NCBI GenBank assembly: GCA_021414205.1
Contig: JAIOOW010000002.1
Span: forward strand, 215,062 to 279,061
Origin: Candidatus Anderseniibacteriota bacterium
GTDB taxonomy: Bacteria; Patescibacteriota; Andersenbacteria; UBA10190
DNA: 64,000 nt
Direction: 5' to 3'
This document shows, piece by piece, positions 58,066-64,000 of this stretch. Both the position numbers and the translations under genes were made by a program. Below the pieces are notes generated by a model. It worked only from the letters and a program-made list of their open reading frames with translations, was not told where the DNA came from and did not search any database. Every line of letters starts with the position of its first letter. The stretch's first letter is position 1.

Positions 58066-58983
58066 CTAGAACCCGTCAGCGGATGCAGCAGTGTCGGCTT
58101 GTTGCCCTTCCCCAATTCCGGTATTCACGTCTATATTTAATTTCGTGGTTTTCCCCGCCGTAATAGTAACAGTAGCAGGTACGCCCGTAATCGATCCTAA
58201 TATCTGCGGTAGCATGGAAATATAATACTTTCCGGCAGGGAGCTCTTGTGCAAATACTCCATTCGGACCCGGGACAATAGTTGCAATCAATAGCGATTGG
58301 TCCGAAGACGAAACCGTAATTGGACGATCAGCAAACATTTTCACAGATGGAGCGCATGCGGCACCAGTCTGTCCAGATGCGCAGATCGGACCGATAGTCA
58401 TCGTGCCTTGCAATATTCCTGTTGTAACCGGAGTCGCACTCACGCTCGGTAAGGGAGTTGGCGTACTGATAGGAAGCGGAGTTGGCGTAGCATTAATATA
58501 ATTTGGAAACGAAAGCGGTAATGCAACGGTCGACGGAAAATCAGGTAATCCGGAACCTAAATTCTTTTCAACAATAAGTGTTCCTTGGGACGTAGTCGGG
58601 AAAAACGCAATCGTTGCCGTAAATGGAATAAAACCATTCACTGCCGTTGTGACCGTAGGCTTCGCTTGTGTATATGCAAGGCCATGCCCGGCCGCATCCA
58701 AAAGCCGCACGGTAAATGCACCTCCAATGTACCAATCAGGAATCGCCTTCCCCGTTATCGTAAGCGGGCTTACTACCTGGGACCCTTGCTTTAATCCATC
58801 TATATGAATTTCACTTGTTCCAAATCCGCCTTCCGGAGTTATAGATGGAATAGGCGTGGCTTTTACGGGAGCAGAAAACGTGCATCCATTATTGTTTCCG
58901 CACTGTACCCACAACACTATAACCACGCCAATTGCCGCAACTACAATAAGTAATCCAAATAATCGCGACGCGATGGAGGTCAT
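58066..58983 (-). CDS. Membrane-anchored Ig-like (Gmad2-type) surface protein with a Pro/Thr-rich linker
   Basis: TM; SPLTITGKA..WY..AFTVRLLD; TPTPLP repeat; C-terminal GPIC...C domain; start at ATG 58983. Confidence 0.72.
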   Translation of the reverse strand: MTSIASRLFGLLIVVAAIGVVIVLWVQCGNNNGCTFSAPVKATPIPSITPEGGFGTSEIHIDGLKQGSQVVSPLTITGKAIPDWYIGGAFTVRLLDAAGHGLAYTQAKPTVTTAVNGFIPFTATIAFFPTTSQGTLIVEKNLGSGLPDFPSTVALPLSFPNYINATPTPLPISTPTPLPSVSATPVTTGILQGTMTIGPICASGQTGAACAPSVKMFADRPITVSSSDQSLLIATIVPGPNGVFAQELPAGKYYISMLPQILGSITGVPATVTITAGKTTKLNIDVNTGIGEGQQADTAASADGF

Positions 58984-59066
58984 ACGCAAAGTATAGCATA
59001 GTCCACATGTCAAGTTGCGTTCGTATCTTGCGAGTATACGCTTAGATATAGAAAGAGGTGATATAT

Positions 59067-59720
59067 ATGACATTTATAAACACTTGTATAAAAACTACTG
59101 GATTCGCTCTCGTGCTTGTAAGCTCTTTTTTACTTGCCCCAGCAACGCATGCATCTACCGGATTACTTGATCGCGTACATGAAGCGCTTGTTGACACGAA
59201 CCTTCCTACTGACATGAAAACTCAGCAAGCATATGACGTCTGCGTAATCAGCGGACACTATACAACATTTGATCAATTAGTGAACGCAATGAAATGGCAA
59301 AAACAGCACGGACACACTACTCCAAACATCATCGATTGCATGAATACTAATAAAGTATGGAAATTCACCGGCGAAGTCACGGAAGTAAACAAATGGAAAT
59401 TGGAAACGGTTGGCGTTACCAAGAGCGGGCTAGAAACTCGACCGAAATTCGATATTACGAATCATACGATTGTAAAACATGGCGTACTGCTATTCGATGT
59501 AAGCTACCAGATGCACTACGATGTAAAAGATGAAATTCGAAGAGGTTCTGCTGTTACTGTATGGGCGACACATACTAACGAAGCACTGATTATTCAAAAC
59601 AATGCGCCGCACGGACAAGGAGACTATTATGGACACGTTGATTGCCCATCATGCCAAGTAGACAACACATTTGCCGCAACACCAGATCCGATTACCGACG
59701 ATCATCACAGCGAGGATTAA
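59067..59720 (+). CDS. Hypothetical secreted protein
   Basis: GAGGTGA SD; signal peptide ending ATHA; CPSC near the C-terminus. Confidence 0.7.
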   Translation: MTFINTCIKTTGFALVLVSSFLLAPATHASTGLLDRVHEALVDTNLPTDMKTQQAYDVCVISGHYTTFDQLVNAMKWQKQHGHTTPNIIDCMNTNKVWKFTGEVTEVNKWKLETVGVTKSGLETRPKFDITNHTIVKHGVLLFDVSYQMHYDVKDEIRRGSAVTVWATHTNEALIIQNNAPHGQGDYYGHVDCPSCQVDNTFAATPDPITDDHHSED

Positions 59721-59740
59721 CAAAAAAGAACGCACGAAGA

Positions 59741-59771
59741 ATACTACCCCCGCCATTAGCGGGGGTAGTAT
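59741..59771. terminator. Bidirectional terminator
   Basis: Perfect 13-bp stem ATACTACCCCCGC / GCGGGGGTAGTAT between convergent genes. Confidence 0.75.
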
Positions 59772-59794
59772 GTTTACCGTTCACCTTGCGGCAG

Positions 59795-60274
59795 CTACAG
59801 CTCTTGATTAATAAGCTTGTCGATATCCAGGTACTTTGTGACCATCGTAATCTCGCCAGTTTCATCCTTAAGCCATTGTTCTTGCGGACGATCGCAATAT
59901 AGCTCAATTCCATTCCCATCCGGGTCATCGAGATACACAGCTTCAGAAACACCGTGATCAGAAGATCCGGTAATCGGATATTTGGCATCCAAAATCCGCT
60001 TCACCGTTTCGGCAAGCGCTTTCCTCGATGGCAATAAAATCGCAACATGATACAATCCCGTATGCCCAAGCGGCGCAGGTCCCCCATCTTTGCTTTCCCA
60101 AGTGTTAAGTCCGATATGATGATGGTACCCACCCGCAGACAAAAAGACTGCCTGGTCGCCGATGCGCGACTGCACTTCAAACCCTAAAATGTCGCGATAA
60201 AACTTCAGCGAATTATCAATATTCGACACTTTAAGGTGCACATGCCCGATTGTTGTTTGTGGATCAATACTCAT
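59795..60274 (-). CDS. VOC/glyoxalase family protein (CatE-like)
   Basis: GHVHLKV, GGYHHHIGLNTW, GLYHVA, DHGVSEAVYLDDPDGNGIELY. Confidence 0.9.
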   Translation of the reverse strand: MSIDPQTTIGHVHLKVSNIDNSLKFYRDILGFEVQSRIGDQAVFLSAGGYHHHIGLNTWESKDGGPAPLGHTGLYHVAILLPSRKALAETVKRILDAKYPITGSSDHGVSEAVYLDDPDGNGIELYCDRPQEQWLKDETGEITMVTKYLDIDKLINQEL

Positions 60275-60294
60275 ATACATGAGTATACAGCAGC

Positions 60295-62106
60295 TTAGCT
60301 TTTCTTGTTTCCGCGCTTACGCATGTTCTTCTTCAAGTGCATTTTGCGCAATCGCAAGTTTTTCGGAGTAACTTCTAGAAGGTCGTCATCACCCAAGTAT
60401 TCAATACATTCTTCAAGACTCATTGATACTGGGGTATGGTATGCCTCGGAAACTCCTTCACCAGCAGATCGCATATTGGTTAATTGCTTTTCTTTACAAA
60501 TATTTACATCCAAGTCTTCAGCGCGGATATGCTCTCCCACGATCATACCCTCATACACCTTTACCTGCGGACCGATGAACAATTTTCCGCGACCCTGTGC
60601 ACCAACTAATCCATACGTTGTACTCACGCCATCTTCATGGGCAATAAGTGATCCATGATGGCTGGTTGCAATCTCTCCGATGTACGGCAAGTATCCATGG
60701 AAGATGGAATTGATAATTCCTTCTCCACGAGTGTCCGTTAAGTACTCTGCTCGGTATCCGATCAATCCTCGCGTAGAAACTAAGAAGTGCATGTGCGCCG
60801 TTTTTCCTTCAACGCGCATATCTTTCATTTCTCCTTTGCGCTTTCCCATTTTCTCAATCACGGTACCAGCAGCTTCTTCAGGACATTCAAAATACACATC
60901 TTCGAATGGCTCTTCTTTCTTTCCATCTTTTTCATGGAAAATAACTTGCGGTCGGCCAACTTGGAATTCGTATCCTTCTCGAAGCATTTTTTCAATTAAG
61001 ATTGCCAAGTGCAATTCACCTCGTCCGAATACGGTAAACATTCCGTCAGTTCCTTCGCTGATTTCAACCTTCAACGCAACGTCAGATAATGTTTCTCGTT
61101 CGAGTCGCGCTTTTAAGTGTCGAGCAGTTGAAAACTCTCCTTCTTGCCCAGCAAATGGGGAAGTATTTACGGAAAAGCTCATCTTTACTGTTGGTTCGTC
61201 GATATGAATCAAAGGAAGCGCTACCGGATTCGCAAAGTCTGCAATCGTTTCCCCAATCTTCACCGGCTCAATACCAGCAATAGCAACAATGTCGCCTGGG
61301 AATACTTCATCAACTTCTACGCGACCCAATCCGTCGAACGTCATCACCGTAGAAACTTCCGCTGGCACATGCTCGCCATCACGCGTAATGCGCATTACTT
61401 TTTGTAATTTCTTAATCGATCCGCCCATAAGGGGTCCGATCACAATCTGGCCTTTATATGTGTCGTACACAGCATTTACAACAAGAAGTTGCATTGGCTT
61501 ATCTGAAACTGCTGGCGCAGGTACGAATTCAATAATTGCATCAAAAATTGGCGTAATATCTTTCATTGCAGATAAATCCGCCTCTTTGCCCGCTTTTCCA
61601 TTAATCGCAGAGGCATACAATACCTGGAAGTCGCACTGCTCATCCGTAGCGCCTAAATCGACGAATAGCCCGAATGTTTGATCAAGCACCCACTGTACAC
61701 GAGCTTCTGGAACGTCGATTTTATTAATAACAACAATCACGCGATGCCCTGCTTCAAGCGCTTTCTTAAGCACGAACTTCGTTTGTGGCATCGGACCGTC
61801 TTTTGCATCTACGAGCAGCAGCACACCATTTGCCATGCTCATAATACGCTCTACTTCTCCGCCGAAGTCAGCATGCCCGGGAGTATCGATAATATTAATT
61901 TTGTACCCCTTATATTGAACAGCTGCGTTCTTTGAGAAAATAGTAATCCCTCGTTCGCGTTCCAATTCATTGCTATCCATGATCAAGTTGCTCGTGTCTT
62001 CTTTTGCACGAAATTCTTCAGACTGTCGTAAAAGCGCATCTACTAATGTAGTTTTGCCATGATCTACGTGAGCGATAATTGCAACGTTTCGAATTTGGAT
62101 AGCCAT
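60295..62106 (-). CDS. typA: Translational GTPase TypA/BipA
   Basis: AHVDHGKTT, ERGITI, DTPGHADFGGEVER, GRGELHL, KQLTNMRSAG. Confidence 0.97.
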   Translation of the reverse strand: MAIQIRNVAIIAHVDHGKTTLVDALLRQSEEFRAKEDTSNLIMDSNELERERGITIFSKNAAVQYKGYKINIIDTPGHADFGGEVERIMSMANGVLLLVDAKDGPMPQTKFVLKKALEAGHRVIVVINKIDVPEARVQWVLDQTFGLFVDLGATDEQCDFQVLYASAINGKAGKEADLSAMKDITPIFDAIIEFVPAPAVSDKPMQLLVVNAVYDTYKGQIVIGPLMGGSIKKLQKVMRITRDGEHVPAEVSTVMTFDGLGRVEVDEVFPGDIVAIAGIEPVKIGETIADFANPVALPLIHIDEPTVKMSFSVNTSPFAGQEGEFSTARHLKARLERETLSDVALKVEISEGTDGMFTVFGRGELHLAILIEKMLREGYEFQVGRPQVIFHEKDGKKEEPFEDVYFECPEEAAGTVIEKMGKRKGEMKDMRVEGKTAHMHFLVSTRGLIGYRAEYLTDTRGEGIINSIFHGYLPYIGEIATSHHGSLIAHEDGVSTTYGLVGAQGRGKLFIGPQVKVYEGMIVGEHIRAEDLDVNICKEKQLTNMRSAGEGVSEAYHTPVSMSLEECIEYLGDDDLLEVTPKNLRLRKMHLKKNMRKRGNKKS

Positions 62107-62130
62107 AATAATTGGATGTGAATAAAAATC

Positions 62131-63456
62131 TTATAAATGAACTCTCGGCTTGCGAGATGAGGAAGTATGACTTCCATGAGGTTTGCGAGAAAATCCGCTC
62201 GCATTTCGTGTTCCGCTTGGACGGTTGCTTCGAGGACCTCGTGAATGGGATTGCGGACGAGCATACTTAAATGTCGCTCTGCGATGTCCTTGCCCTACAC
62301 GACGATCATCTTCAATAAACATATTGTGCGATGTAACTGCTCGCGCCTTCGGAAGTTCCGGCAATGCGGAGATAGAAAGCTGCGTGCGCACTAATCGCTC
62401 GATCGCGCGAAGCTTGTAGCGCTGATCAGGAGTAATAAACGTTACAGCCTTTCCTTTTAATCCTGCTCGGCCAGTTCGACCAACTCGATGCACGTAATCA
62501 TCTGGGCTTTCCGGTAAATCATAGTTAACAACGAGCTCAATATTCGTAACGTCAATTCCTCGCGCAGCAATGTCCGTTGCAACCAATACTCGAAAATCTC
62601 CAGACTTAAACCCTGCGAGAGAGCGTCGTCGTTGAGATAACGACAAATTGGAATGAATTTCCGCAGTTGTATGCCCCATGTGCTTAATTGCTCGGCAAAT
62701 TTTCTTTGCTCCGTACTTTGTTCGAGAAAACACAAGAACAGTACCTTTAAACTCATCGAGAAGCTTATCAAGCATTCGATCTTTCTGATCTCGAGATACC
62801 AAGTAAAAATCCTGATCAACCTGCTCAGATACCGATCCTGCTCGCGCAACTTCAATGCGTACAGGAGTCTTCATGTACTTTGTTGCGATTGCAACAATTT
62901 CTTGCGGCATTGTTGCGGAGAACAATAATGTTTGTCGTTCTTTTGGAACATGGCGCAAAATCTCATTAATTTGTGGCGCAAATCCCATATCCAACATTCG
63001 GTCTGCTTCGTCTAATACTAATACGCCAATATTATTAAGCTGTAATTTCTTCTGCTCTAAATGATCGTTAATACGGCCAGGTGTTCCGATAATCACGTGA
63101 GGGCCGCGCTTTAATGACATAATCTGGTGATACATAGAAGCTCCCCCGATAAGCACTGCTGTTCGAATTCCAAATGTTTGACCGATTGTTCGAATAGCTT
63201 CTTCTACCTGGATAGCAAGTTCTCGAGTAGGTAAAATTACCAACCCTTGCTTCTTACTTGCGGCAAGCTGCTGAATCATCGGGAGCGAGAATGCAAACGT
63301 CTTTCCAGTACCCGTTTGAGCGATACCAATCACGTCCTTGCCTTCCACAGCAACAGGAATTGCCTGCGCCTGAATTGGCGTAGGAGTAGTGAACTTTAAT
63401 TTATCTAATACAGCAATAATGCTGGGTTTTAAGCCTAATTCGGCAAATGTTGACAT
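62131..63456 (-). CDS. DEAD-box RNA helicase
   Basis: PTPIQ, QTGTGKT, PTRELA, DEAD, SAT, ARGID, HRVGRTGRAG; basic tail. Confidence 0.96.
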   Translation of the reverse strand: MSTFAELGLKPSIIAVLDKLKFTTPTPIQAQAIPVAVEGKDVIGIAQTGTGKTFAFSLPMIQQLAASKKQGLVILPTRELAIQVEEAIRTIGQTFGIRTAVLIGGASMYHQIMSLKRGPHVIIGTPGRINDHLEQKKLQLNNIGVLVLDEADRMLDMGFAPQINEILRHVPKERQTLLFSATMPQEIVAIATKYMKTPVRIEVARAGSVSEQVDQDFYLVSRDQKDRMLDKLLDEFKGTVLVFSRTKYGAKKICRAIKHMGHTTAEIHSNLSLSQRRRSLAGFKSGDFRVLVATDIAARGIDVTNIELVVNYDLPESPDDYVHRVGRTGRAGLKGKAVTFITPDQRYKLRAIERLVRTQLSISALPELPKARAVTSHNMFIEDDRRVGQGHRRATFKYARPQSHSRGPRSNRPSGTRNASGFSRKPHGSHTSSSRKPRVHL

Positions 63457-63577
63457 AGTTATATAGTGTGACATGCTCCCGTAATGTCACAAAATATGCC
63501 ATGTGGGCTCAGGTCCGATTAAGTTGTTAGTGCATGCATCATAGAACATACCCCAAAACATGTCAAATCTCCTGCAC

Positions 63578-63671
63578 TAGACAAGCTGCCCATTTCGTAC
63601 TATTATAGTCCTCGTCCTAAATACCTATGGTTGGTATGCCACGGACGGCTCGTTAAAAATCGTATACAGGA
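63578..63671 (+). promoter_or_regulatory. Sigma70 promoter, boxA-like element and SD
   Basis: TAGACA (63578-63583), 17 nt, TATTAT (63601-63606); GCTCGTTAAAAAT (63648-63660); AGGA (63668-63671). Confidence 0.5.
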
Positions 63672-63681
63672 AAAAGCTATT

Positions 63682-64000
63682 GTGCTGACAGCGACAATGC
63701 AAAAACAACGATTCGGTGTATGGGACATCTATCCCGTAACCAACAACAAGGGGGAGGAAGTCTCTCTCTGGATCGCAAGAAATGAAGTCCACGTAAAAAG
63801 GAATTGCCAAGCAATCAGCTTCGCCGAAAAAGGGCGCATCAAGACATGGAGCCTCGCTTTCTTTCTTGAAAAACTCGGCCTCCTCGAAGATCAGTGGCTT
63901 ATCACGGCGGGCACGAGCACAATCCCCGAGCTGCCCGATGGCCTCATTCGCTCAGAATTTGGCCATCGATCTATCGTGGCGCATCGCACCGAAGAAACCA
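63682..64000 (+). CDS. 5' part of a hypothetical protein (runs off the window end)
   Basis: Frame open from GTG 63682 / ATG 63697 to the window end (MQKQRFGVWDIYPVTNNKGEEVSLWIARNE...). Confidence 0.55.
   Translation, partial: MLTATMQKQRFGVWDIYPVTNNKGEEVSLWIARNEVHVKRNCQAISFAEKGRIKTWSLAFFLEKLGLLEDQWLITAGTSTIPELPDGLIRSEFGHRSIVAHRTEET

Noticed and set aside
1-64000. Alternative genetic code 25 (UGA = Gly)
   Set aside because: Conserved genes are full length under code 11 and several end in TGA within ATGA/GTGA overlaps
1-64000. Numerous 60-175 aa ORFs overlapping or antisense to identified genes (e.g. 60680-61207, 55871-56380, 36934-37383)
   Set aside because: Shadow frames of well-supported genes with no motifs or expression signals
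1-64000. Transposases, integrases, prophage genes, CRISPR arrays, introns or inteins
   Set aside because: No such motifs or long direct repeats seen by eye; conserved genes are uninterrupted

Overview
This 64 kb window is core chromosome from a small-genome bacterium, most likely Patescibacteria/CPR (Parcubacteria-like). That call is inferred from gene content: a type IV pilus operon with no secretin, double-domain ThyX, an archaeal-type FAD synthase, a UvrD-nuclease fusion and many glycosyltransferases. TGA is used as stop (code 11). Contents in order: orphan ORFs; tmRNA and smpB; infC-rpmI-rplT; UDP-glucuronate decarboxylase; prsW; a type IV pilus operon (pilB, pilC, three minor pilins, pilM/N/O) with a PMT-family protein O-mannosyltransferase inside it; uvrD-like helicase-nuclease, lgt, mscS; a ~21 kb surface-glycosylation region (HAD-UbiA fusion, DedA, eight GT2/GT4 enzymes, FkbM, three GT-C-like membrane proteins); folC and thyX-folA-glyA; trhO, gpsA, VKOR-dsbA, mgtA, typA and a DEAD-box helicase. 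I found no CRISPR array, transposase, integrase, prophage, rRNA or tRNA. The best candidates for new biology are three: (1) a pilus-coupled protein O-mannosylation system; (2) two expression modes, with conserved genes apparently leaderless (-10 box 6-7 nt before ATG) and orphan genes in stand-alone cassettes of promoter, boxA-like element, Shine-Dalgarno and terminator; (3) a possible polyprenyl-phospho-pentose glycosylation route. All calls come from reading motifs by eye; no searches were run.
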